NCBI RefSeq assembly: GCF_018398935.1 | Contig: NZ_CP074694.1 | Coordinates: 1,380,001 to 1,412,000 of the forward strand | Direction of reading: 5' to 3' | Length of the DNA stretch: 32,000 nucleotides | Source of the DNA: Telmatocola sphagniphila | GTDB lineage: Bacteria > Planctomycetota > Planctomycetia > Gemmatales > Gemmataceae | Shown here: piece after piece, positions 15,937 through 23,694 of the stretch | Numbering within the stretch: position 1 is the stretch's first letter | Layout: each line of letters begins with the position of its first letter | The notes under the pieces: model-generated | What the model was told of the DNA's origin: nothing | Seen by the model: the letters and a program-made list of their open reading frames with translations, nothing else | Database searches by the model: none | Translations under genes and position numbers: made by a program

Positions 15937-18750
15937 ATGTCCGCCGATGTACCGCATCTACCTACTGAAGTACGCGCTGCGGGATTGACCCTTCAGCAAG
16001 CTGCAGCCGTCGAACTTCGCGGTTCATCGGTGCATCTATCCTCCGGGGCGGGCTGTGGAAAAACTCACGTACTGACGGCCCGGTATCTATCGCATATTAA
16101 AAATGATCGGTCGAGTGTCGGTCAACTGGTGGCCATTACTTTTACGGAACGGGCCGCTCGGGAAATGCGCGAGCGTATTAGAGGCTCCTTTCGTAAGGAG
16201 CGGGACCAGTCGAGTACCGAGCATCGCACTTTCTGGGAAGATCGACTGGAAGAACTGGAATCCGCGCCGATCAACACGATCCATTCCTTTTGCGGAAACT
16301 TATTACGACAATATCCAGCGGAAATGGGTATCGATCCGCAGTTTGAAATTCTCGATGAAGTCCTTTCGCTGAACGTACGATGGGAAGCTATTCGAGAGGA
16401 ACTTCAATCGCTTTTGCTGGAGGAATCCGACGCTGGGAACAGTCTAAGAGCTTTGACGCAACTGTTCGGCTGGTATAAGATCCAGAATTCGGTACTTCAT
16501 TTGATTGAAGAGTTGGATCAGGGAGCTTGGTCCGATTTTTTGAATTTGTCTGAAGCCGAGTATCGTGCGAGGATCGCTAGTCTCAAGATCCAGCTACTTA
16601 AGAGATACTGCCGATTTTTGCTTACCTCCGATCCCACGAGCGTTAAGTATCTGACAATTCTTTTGAAATCACGATACGAAGGGAATCTGCTGCCCGTCAA
16701 AGTACGGGAGGCTATCGAACAGCTGCAAGCCCTGTCTTCCGCTTCGAATTTACAGCAAGCCTATGAGGAATTGCACAAAACTTTGCTGGGTCCTAAAGAG
16801 ATCATCGCCCAGCTTGTCGATCCGGAGGAGGCGGAGAATGTTAAGGAGGCACTGAAGGGATTCCGCGATAGTCTTAAGAATAAGCTGGATGCCTTTCTGG
16901 AGAATGAAAGCGGAGAGTGGAGTTTCAACGATTTTGAAGTGGCTCAGCAATTCGTTCGGGTGGCTCTGGCAGTCAACGACGGTTACAGTCGACGCAAAAA
17001 GGACCGGGCGGTTCTCGATTTCAACGATCTTTTAGTGATGGCGAGGGATCTCCTCAAAAATCATCCCGACGTCAGGGAAGAACTTGCTCAGAAGTACAGT
17101 TTTATTCTTCTCGATGAACTTCAGGATACTGATCCGACTCAGATGGAGTTGGTGAGACTGATTTGCGACACGGGACTGAAGTATGGGAAACTGTTCGCCG
17201 TGGGGGATGCCAAGCAGTCGATCTATCGGTTTCGCGGCGCGGACGTTTTCCTCTTCAATGAACTTCGGAATGAGATGCCCGAGCCTGGCCAGCTCGATCT
17301 CAGTACCAATTTCCGATCACAAAAGCCCATACTGGATTTTGTAAATACTCTATTTCGCAAGGTGTTCGACAGCTACGTTCCTCTAGAAGCCTTTGATCGG
17401 CCCGTTCTCGAATATCCCAACGTTGAATTTCTCTGGTCGTTCCCCGAAGTCGAAGCCGCCTCTGAAAAAGTTTCCGTGGAAGAAACTCGCCAGGCCGAGG
17501 GACGTTTAATTGCTCGACGGATTTCCGAGCTATTGCAATCCAAGGAGGAAAGAATTTGGGATTCCAAGACCAGGACCTTTCGTCCTGTACGTGCGGGAGA
17601 CGTTACGATCCTGTTCCGATCGATGAGCAACGTTCAACTCTACGAGGAAGCTCTTCGCTACTATGGGATCGATTATTATCTCATTGGTGGTCGGGCCTTC
17701 TTCGCTCAACAGGAAATCTACGATGTTTTGAACGTGCTCCGAATCGTGGAAAATGCTAACGATTCCATCGCTCTGGCCGGCCTCTTGCGATCTCCGATGG
17801 CGGGTCTCAACGATCAGAGTTTATTTCTCCTTCGTCAATCTTCCGGGGATCTCTGGGATTGTCTGTTTTCAGAATCCCTTCCTTCCTTGCCTCCGGACCA
17901 GATGGAGGCACTGAAGACCATTCGGACCTTTTTAAAACATTGGTCGAATATCAAGGACCACGTTTCGATTCACGATCTTCTAGTTCGAATCATTGAAGAC
18001 ACCGGTTACGATGCCGCGCTTCAATTTGAATTTCTGGGCGATCGAAAACTGGCGAATCTTTGGAAGCTCGTCGAATTGGCCCGCCGTTTCGATCAAGCGG
18101 GATTTTTTACACTCACCGATTTCATTGAACGGCTGGCGGAACTGGTGGAGAACGAACCGAAGGAAGAACAAGCAGCCACTCAGCCGGAAAACGCCGATGT
18201 GGTGAAGCTAATGACTATCCACCAGAGTAAAGGGCTGGAATTTCCCGTTGTGATAATTGCCGATTACAATCGAAAGAAAAGCTCCCCGGTTGGCCAGCAG
18301 GTAAAGTGGCAGCGCTATTTCGGCTGCGTTTCCAGTCCGCCTCAGGACGAAGACCCCCTCCCCTTTTCGGACCAGAATTGGCGACTGGCCGCGATTGCGG
18401 ATCGAATGGAAGACGATCAGGAAGAACTTCGAGTACTTTATGTGGCCTGCACCCGACCGCGAGATCTTCTGATACTTTCGGCGGGCTTCAACAAATTCAA
18501 TCAGGAAAGGAATCCGTACGTTCATATGGCCAAGCTCGATCCCAACAGTTGGCTGCTGAAGCTTGGCCAGAAGTTCGATATACGTACGGGGGAAATTTTG
18601 CAATTAGTTCCGGAAGATTTGCCCATTTCCATCCGGGTCATCAGCGAGACCGACAAAGGTATTGCTCAGGCTCCCTATGAAAAATCCAGAAAAATACCGG
18701 GAAAGCTGCCCGATATGAGCCGATACAAACCTTTGGACAATCTGCTTTAA
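15937..18750 (+). CDS. addA: AddA-like SF1 UvrD/Rep/PcrA-family helicase subunit without a C-terminal nuclease domain
   Basis: 937 aa with motifs I GAGCGKT (aa 37-43), Ia ITFTERAAREM, II LLDELQDT, III AVGDAKQSIYRFRGA, IV NFRSQ, V IHQSKGLEFPVVI and VI LYVACTRPRD (aa 834-843). About 95 residues follow motif VI, with no DYK or (D/E)xK motif. AAAGGA RBS upstream. Confidence 0.85.
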   Translation: MSADVPHLPTEVRAAGLTLQQAAAVELRGSSVHLSSGAGCGKTHVLTARYLSHIKNDRSSVGQLVAITFTERAAREMRERIRGSFRKERDQSSTEHRTFWEDRLEELESAPINTIHSFCGNLLRQYPAEMGIDPQFEILDEVLSLNVRWEAIREELQSLLLEESDAGNSLRALTQLFGWYKIQNSVLHLIEELDQGAWSDFLNLSEAEYRARIASLKIQLLKRYCRFLLTSDPTSVKYLTILLKSRYEGNLLPVKVREAIEQLQALSSASNLQQAYEELHKTLLGPKEIIAQLVDPEEAENVKEALKGFRDSLKNKLDAFLENESGEWSFNDFEVAQQFVRVALAVNDGYSRRKKDRAVLDFNDLLVMARDLLKNHPDVREELAQKYSFILLDELQDTDPTQMELVRLICDTGLKYGKLFAVGDAKQSIYRFRGADVFLFNELRNEMPEPGQLDLSTNFRSQKPILDFVNTLFRKVFDSYVPLEAFDRPVLEYPNVEFLWSFPEVEAASEKVSVEETRQAEGRLIARRISELLQSKEERIWDSKTRTFRPVRAGDVTILFRSMSNVQLYEEALRYYGIDYYLIGGRAFFAQQEIYDVLNVLRIVENANDSIALAGLLRSPMAGLNDQSLFLLRQSSGDLWDCLFSESLPSLPPDQMEALKTIRTFLKHWSNIKDHVSIHDLLVRIIEDTGYDAALQFEFLGDRKLANLWKLVELARRFDQAGFFTLTDFIERLAELVENEPKEEQAATQPENADVVKLMTIHQSKGLEFPVVIIADYNRKKSSPVGQQVKWQRYFGCVSSPPQDEDPLPFSDQNWRLAAIADRMEDDQEELRVLYVACTRPRDLLILSAGFNKFNQERNPYVHMAKLDPNSWLLKLGQKFDIRTGEILQLVPEDLPISIRVISETDKGIAQAPYEKSRKIPGKLPDMSRYKPLDNLL

Positions 18751-18827
18751 TTGCACGGAGCACCGCTGTATGATCTAAGTTTTTTGAGGATTGTTCACTA
18801 AAGTATTGTCTACCTCTCAAACTGAAT

Positions 18828-19415
18828 ATGGCTAAACTCTACTTCTATTACTCGACCATGAACGCCGGGAAATCGACATCCCTTCTTCAGGCGGCGTACA
18901 ACTATGCCGAACGGGGAATGCGGACTCACATTTTCACAGCCATGATCGATATCCGCAGTCAGGGCCGCATCGCTTCGCGCATTGGCATTGCGGCCGATGC
19001 GAGGCAGTTCAATAGCGAAACGAATTTCTGGGAAATATGCACATCCGATCCTTCGCATTGCGTACTGATTGACGAAGCACAATTCTTGACCAGGGAACAA
19101 GTTCGGCAGCTGTCCCGGATCGTGGACGAGACCAATGTTCCTGTGATGTGCTATGGCCTGCGTACTGACTTTCGAGGAGAGTTGTTTCCGGGAAGCGCCA
19201 CCCTGCTCGCCTGGGCCGACACTCTGGCGGAACTAAAAACGATTTGTTGCTGCGGCAAGAAAGCCACGATGGTAGTCAGAGTCTCGGCTTCAGGTGCTGT
19301 GGAACGAATAGGCCAGCAGGTGGAGATTGGCGGCAATGAGCGGTATGTCCCACTCTGTCGACGCCATTTCTTCGAATCAGTCGAATCGGGAGTTTGTACG
19401 GGTTGGAAGCCTTAA
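18828..19415 (+). CDS. tdk: Thymidine kinase
   Basis: [20 protein letters not shown] (P-loop), LIDEAQFL, and the Zn-ribbon-like CCCGKKA...PLCRRH. Confidence 0.93.
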   Translation: MAKLYFYYSTMNAGKSTSLLQAAYNYAERGMRTHIFTAMIDIRSQGRIASRIGIAADARQFNSETNFWEICTSDPSHCVLIDEAQFLTREQVRQLSRIVDETNVPVMCYGLRTDFRGELFPGSATLLAWADTLAELKTICCCGKKATMVVRVSASGAVERIGQQVEIGGNERYVPLCRRHFFESVESGVCTGWKP

Positions 19416-19416
19416 T

Positions 19417-19893
19417 TTATTCGGGCACCAGGAAACTCATATGCAAACTGGCGTGCGAAAAGTGAATTTTATCCCATTCTTCTCGAGATAAATTACCCAT
19501 CATGGGATGCGGTGCTCTTTCGGGAACGCGCTCCAGTCTCTCGATTGCTTCACTAAGTTGCCTCAGGCCCTCTTCCGCACTGATATTTTCTGCCGGTTTC
19601 AGTGTTTCACCGCCTTTTTTAGGCAGTTTAAATCCTGCCGGCATTTTCATACGAAGAACTTGCTTTTTGAAGATCCGGGACATTCGGCGCATCAACCAGG
19701 GAAATTCGAGTTTCATGCCCTCAATGCTACCATTGAGGGTCAATGCGAGGTGTTGAAGAATCTGGCCCGTAGTCCAGTTGCCTAAGGTTTTGTGCGGAGT
19801 GGCGACTATGGTTTGGGCGTCGTGTAGGAGGTCCTCGTAAGATTGGAAATTTAGAGACCGTCTACCTTGAACCTTCGCAGTCTGGACAGGCAT
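19417..19893 (-). CDS. DinB-superfamily protein (DUF1569-like)
   Basis: 158 aa. GNWTTGQILQHLA...HPMMGNLSREEWDKIHFSHASLHMSF matches the His-containing four-helix-bundle pattern of DUF1569/DinB-like proteins. Its stop lies 1 nt from the tdk stop (convergent). Confidence 0.65.
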   Translation of the reverse strand: MPVQTAKVQGRRSLNFQSYEDLLHDAQTIVATPHKTLGNWTTGQILQHLALTLNGSIEGMKLEFPWLMRRMSRIFKKQVLRMKMPAGFKLPKKGGETLKPAENISAEEGLRQLSEAIERLERVPERAPHPMMGNLSREEWDKIHFSHASLHMSFLVPE

Positions 19894-20004
19894 TAAAGTC
19901 TCTCCGATTATTTAAATTTTCGAATCCTCTTCCTGGGATTGAAGAAAAGTCGCAATTCTAAAATCGTATGATTTTGCCCGACTGTGGGAAGCACCTGCCG
20001 GTTC

Positions 20005-21003
20005 CTAGCACTCTCTAACGCTGCACCATTCTGCAATTTTCTCCAACGCGGACCGAAATGTCGAATTGGGCAGAACCTGCAGATGTCGTTTCGCTCTCTG
20101 AATGTGCATGTCCACGACATGACGCACTTGTTCCAACGCTCCAACCTTTCGAAACAACTCGACGATAACCATGCGATTATCGAGATTGCTTTCAAACAGA
20201 GTCTTTTCAGATTGGGAGGCTTCCTGCAAGAATCGCAGTATGGGCAGTGTCGCTTTTTTCTGAATCAGATCCGTTCCCAAGGTCTTTCCGGTTGAACGCT
20301 GGTCCCCAACAATATCCAGCAGATCGTCCGAAATCTGAAAAGCGATACCGAGTTCCCGCCCGTACAGGGCCAGTTGCTCGGTGATTTCCGGTTTCGCTCG
20401 GGAGATCTGACCTGCGAGTCGGCAGGCACATTCCGTCAAAGCGGCCGTTTTGCCATCAATGATGCTGTAGTACTCCGTCTCCGTCAGTTCCCAGCCCTGG
20501 GAACCGAGGCTTTGCTGTATCTCGCCGACGCAAACTCGCGTGGTGGCTTCACCGATCATCTCACCAATTTTCGCATCACCTGTCTTGCTGGCCTGATGGT
20601 AAGCCATACTGAACAGCAAATCACCTAACAGAATGCTGGATTTGTTACCCCATCGCTGGTGCATCGTGAGGGTTTTTCGACGAACGTCCGCTTCATCCAG
20701 AACATCGTCGTGTATCAAGGTCGCAGTATGAATCAGTTCGATGATAGCGGCGGCCAGATGATGGTGCGGGAGCACGCCCAACTGCAGAGCGTGAGCGGAC
20801 AGTAGAGTGAGAGCCGGTCGCAGCCGCTTGCCTTTATAGATAGCCAGATGCTCGACCAAGTCGGGAAATTTCTTGCGGTGAGGAGACAGGAACTGCTCCA
20901 GATGCGTTTCGACTCGTAAAAGATCATCACTCAAAAGTGCATTGAGAAAATCCTGTTTTCTACCGTTTGGCGAAGCCTCGGTTGGGGGCTGAATTGTCAT
21001 CAC
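20005..21003 (-). CDS. Long-chain trans-polyprenyl diphosphate synthase (hepta/octaprenyl type)
   Basis: First Asp-rich motif LIHDDVLDEAD, second FQISDDLLD, plus GKRLRP. Small residues upstream of the first motif suggest long-chain product. The start overlaps the moaC stop by 4 nt. Confidence 0.88.
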   Translation of the reverse strand: MMTIQPPTEASPNGRKQDFLNALLSDDLLRVETHLEQFLSPHRKKFPDLVEHLAIYKGKRLRPALTLLSAHALQLGVLPHHHLAAAIIELIHTATLIHDDVLDEADVRRKTLTMHQRWGNKSSILLGDLLFSMAYHQASKTGDAKIGEMIGEATTRVCVGEIQQSLGSQGWELTETEYYSIIDGKTAALTECACRLAGQISRAKPEITEQLALYGRELGIAFQISDDLLDIVGDQRSTGKTLGTDLIQKKATLPILRFLQEASQSEKTLFESNLDNRMVIVELFRKVGALEQVRHVVDMHIQRAKRHLQVLPNSTFRSALEKIAEWCSVREC

Positions 21004-21500
21004 CCAGTGGTCCTTTCTCGATCTTCCCCTGCCTGGAAGTGGCCTGATTTGCCACCCAGTTTTTCTTCGAGGCGGATCTTCTCGATCGTCATTTCCCGAT
21101 CGATAGCCTTGGCCATATCGTACACGGTCAGAGCCGCTATACTGACAGCCGTCAGAGCTTCCATTTCGACGCCCGTTTTACCGGTCACTTTGACGCTCGC
21201 CAGTATTCGCAGAGTTCTATCATCCGTAAATTCAAATTGAATTTCCACGCCATGGATCGGAAGCGGATGACATAAGGGGATCAAGTCGGAAGTTTTCTTG
21301 GCTCCCATAATACCAGCCAGCCGAGCGACCTCCAGAACATCTCCCTTGCTCAATGCTTTGGTCCGAATCAGAGTCGCAGTTTCGCTCTTCATCCTAACCA
21401 AAGCACTGGCAGTAGCGCTGCGGGCTGTCTCCATTTTATCGCCCACATCGACCATACGGCTGGCACCAGTATCGTCGAAATGTGTGAACGGATTTACCAT
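21000..21500 (-). CDS. moaC: Cyclic pyranopterin monophosphate synthase accessory protein MoaC
   Basis: FTHFDDTGASRMVDVGDK, KGDVLEVARLAGIMGAKKTSDLIPLCHPL and TGVEMEALTAVSIAALTVYDM are MoaC hallmarks. ATG at 21500 has GGAAG 8 nt upstream, so I prefer it to the TTG at 21515. Confidence 0.92.
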   Translation of the reverse strand: MVNPFTHFDDTGASRMVDVGDKMETARSATASALVRMKSETATLIRTKALSKGDVLEVARLAGIMGAKKTSDLIPLCHPLPIHGVEIQFEFTDDRTLRILASVKVTGKTGVEMEALTAVSIAALTVYDMAKAIDREMTIEKIRLEEKLGGKSGHFQAGEDRERTTG

Positions 21501-21620
21501 GTCAGCGACTTCCAATCATCGACGGGCGTCGGATCTTTTCGCAATAAGTCCTAGCTTAGCTAAGGCTCTAACTTTAGTAACCGTTCTCAAGATTAAGAAT
21601 TAACAGATTAGGAGATTCAA

Positions 21621-22241
21621 TCAGGGACTGGGCAATTTTATGGAGATGTCTTTTTCTGCCTCGAAAGTTCGACCATCGAGGGTAAGCAGTTGAACTTGTA
21701 TGCGGATTCGGCTGGTTTTAGGGAGAGTTTGCCAGTAAACCGGAACGTAATAGCCGGTGCTGAAAAGCCCGGTTTTCCAGGTTTTTCGCAGCGTGGCTCC
21801 ATCGACTTGCCAACCGCCGAGACTTTCCTTCGTGCCTGTAGAGGTAAATTGGCTGGCAAAAACTTTGAGAACTCCCGGGACCTTTAGCGGACTGCCGTCC
21901 TCATCCCGCGGGACGACTACGACCTGGAAGCCCTCATCCCCTGGAAGGCCATCCTCGTCCAAACCGGCGGTTCCAGTGCCTAAAATCAGGTCTTTGATAG
22001 CTATGCCGATAGAGCGATCTTCCGCACTGTTTTTGCTTTGAGCCGCCTGCCGTGCGAGAAATTCATTTTCGAGGGCTTTGGTCTGATTCTGGTACGCCTC
22101 CAGGGACTCCTTCAGTTCGCGATTCTCGCGTTCTTTGGTACGTAGTTCGGCCTCTACTCCTTCCTGACGGAGTTGGGCTCGTCCTCCGCAACCGAAGCTA
22201 AGCAGAAGAAATAAAGACGTTAGTAGCAAGCGAACCGGCAA
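21621..22241 (-). CDS. Lipoprotein with a coiled-coil segment and a beta-rich C-terminal domain, function unknown
   Basis: Lipobox LLLSFGC. Heptad-like charged segment ELRTKERENRELKESLEAYQNQTKALENEF. I prefer the TTG at 22241, preceded by GAGAAGGAAGGA, which gives MPVRLLLTSLFLLLSFGC. The ORF-track TTG at 22277 lies inside the upstream terminator U-tract. Confidence 0.6.
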   Translation of the reverse strand: MPVRLLLTSLFLLLSFGCGGRAQLRQEGVEAELRTKERENRELKESLEAYQNQTKALENEFLARQAAQSKNSAEDRSIGIAIKDLILGTGTAGLDEDGLPGDEGFQVVVVPRDEDGSPLKVPGVLKVFASQFTSTGTKESLGGWQVDGATLRKTWKTGLFSTGYYVPVYWQTLPKTSRIRIQVQLLTLDGRTFEAEKDISIKLPSP

Positions 22242-22271
22242 TGAACGTCCTTCCTTCTCGTGAAACTCATT

Positions 22272-22312
22272 AAACAAAAAAACGCATGGGTCTTTTAATT
22301 CCCATGCGTTTT
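22272..22312 (-). terminator. Rho-independent terminator after clpP (end of the tig-clpP-clpP unit)
   Basis: The minus strand reads AAAACGCATGGG-aattaaaaga-CCCATGCGTTTT followed by TTTGTTT. That is a 12-bp perfect stem, a 10-nt loop and a U-tract, 20 nt after the clpP stop. Confidence 0.85.
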
Positions 22313-22331
22313 GGAGTTTCGTAATGGCGGA

Positions 22332-22934
22332 TCAATCCTTTTTGATCGGCATGGGAAGCTTTTCCAATACCTGATCGATAATTCCGTACTCTTTCGCTTC
22401 CGAGGCATCCATGAACTTATCGCGGTCGGTGTCTCGTTCGATTGCTTCCAGAGTCTGTCCCGTGTGCTTCAGAAGAATCGCATTCAGATGTTTCTTGGTC
22501 CGAATGAATTCCTTGGCATGAATCAGGATTTCCGTCGTGGTACCTTCTGTACCGGCGAGCGGCTGGTGAATCATAACTCGGGAATTCGGCAAAGCGTAAC
22601 GCTTCCCCTTTGTCCCTGCTGTCAACAAAACCGCTCCCATGCTGGCGGCCTGGCCAATCACATAAGTCGCCACGTCGCAGGAGATGAATTGCATCGTGTC
22701 GTAGATGCTCATTCCGGCTGTTACCGAGCCGCCCGGGCTGTTGATATATAGGTGAATGTCGGCTTTCGGATCTTCGTACTGAAGATACAAAAGTTGAGCT
22801 ACGACAAGATTGGCCGATTGATCATCGACTTGGCCGAGCATGAAGATAATTCGATCTTTGAGCAATCGGCTGTAGATATCGAATACGCGTTCTTCCCGGT
22901 TACTGCGGTCTAAAACGTAGGGAACCAACGGCAT
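22332..22934 (-). CDS. clpP: ATP-dependent Clp protease proteolytic subunit (canonical paralog)
   Basis: [14 protein letters not shown], catalytic Ser in [11 protein letters not shown], His in RVMIHQP, Asp in [17 protein letters not shown] 7 nt upstream of the ATG. Confidence 0.95.
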   Translation of the reverse strand: MPLVPYVLDRSNREERVFDIYSRLLKDRIIFMLGQVDDQSANLVVAQLLYLQYEDPKADIHLYINSPGGSVTAGMSIYDTMQFISCDVATYVIGQAASMGAVLLTAGTKGKRYALPNSRVMIHQPLAGTEGTTTEILIHAKEFIRTKKHLNAILLKHTGQTLEAIERDTDRDKFMDASEAKEYGIIDQVLEKLPMPIKKD

Positions 22935-23020
22935 GATGTGCCTCCCACTGAATTTATTCGATTAGGGTAAACGCCGCGGGAGATATCCGCAGCGGAAAAT
23001 ATTGATCGATAACGCTCGAA

Positions 23021-23683
23021 TTAAGGCTTCTTGGGGGACTCGATTTTCTGAAGCACTTCGTCGACCAGACCGAATTCCTTGGCCTGGATGGCACTGAAGA
23101 ACCGATCCCGTTCGCTTTCTTTCTCAATGACACTCAATGGCTGACCGGTATGCTTCACCAGAATGTCATTCAGCAAGGAACGGTCTTTCAGGATTTCCGC
23201 GGCCTGAATTTCGATATCGGAAACCTGCCCTCCCACCTGGCCGTAGGGCTGGTGGACCATGATCTTGGAGTGCGGCAAGGCGTAGCGACGGCCTTTGTTT
23301 CCTGCCGTCAGGATAATCGCGGCCCCGCTGGCGGCCAGGCCCATGCAATAAGTGGCAATGGGACATTCCAGAAACTGCATGCAATCGTAGATTGCCAGGG
23401 TGGCCGTTACCGACCCTCCAGGGCAGTTGATGTACATGTGAATTTCCTGAGTCTTGTTCTCATACTGAAGATACAGGAGTTTCTGGATGGTGATGTTAGC
23501 GAGGAAGTCCGTAATTGCGGACTGTCCGCCAGTTTCCGGAGAACTGCCCAGGAAGATAATCCGGTTATCGAGCAGGAGGTCGCCGGTTGTCATTTGACGC
23601 TGGCGAACGGTCTCTCGAAAACGTTGAATCTTCGGTTCGAACAACGGTCCCATATAGGGATTAGAACCTGTATCAATGTGCAT
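23021..23683 (-). CDS. clpP: ATP-dependent Clp protease proteolytic subunit (divergent paralog with N-terminal extension)
   Basis: The triad is retained: GLAASGAAIIL (Ser), KIMVHQP (His), ERDRFFSA (Asp). The N-terminus is about 20 aa longer and lacks the YDIYSRLL motif. AAGGGGGA RBS overlaps the tig stop region. Confidence 0.9.
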   Translation of the reverse strand: MHIDTGSNPYMGPLFEPKIQRFRETVRQRQMTTGDLLLDNRIIFLGSSPETGGQSAITDFLANITIQKLLYLQYENKTQEIHMYINCPGGSVTATLAIYDCMQFLECPIATYCMGLAASGAAIILTAGNKGRRYALPHSKIMVHQPYGQVGGQVSDIEIQAAEILKDRSLLNDILVKHTGQPLSVIEKESERDRFFSAIQAKEFGLVDEVLQKIESPKKP

Positions 23684-23694
23684 GCACGTCCCCC

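Noticed and set aside
12771-18750. The helicase + PD-(D/E)XK nuclease pair as an anti-phage defence system (Gabija/Hachiman-like).
   Set aside because: The nuclease has the AddB-specific 4-Cys iron-staple layout, and the helicase is a full UvrD/PcrA-type AddA-like protein. The flanks are core genes (purA, tdk) and nothing nearby is mobile. A DSB-repair AddAB homolog, with the architectural twist reported above, is the simpler reading.
21501-21620. Possible Moco (molybdenum-cofactor) riboswitch in the 120-nt leader upstream of moaC. The region contains a 10-bp palindrome, CTTAGCTAAG (21555-21564), and a small CGAC-GGGC-GTCG hairpin.
   Set aside because: The region is AT-rich and short. I cannot find the multi-stem architecture or the conserved G/C-rich junction sequences I associate with the Moco motif. 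A covariance-model scan would be decisive, but by eye the answer is no.
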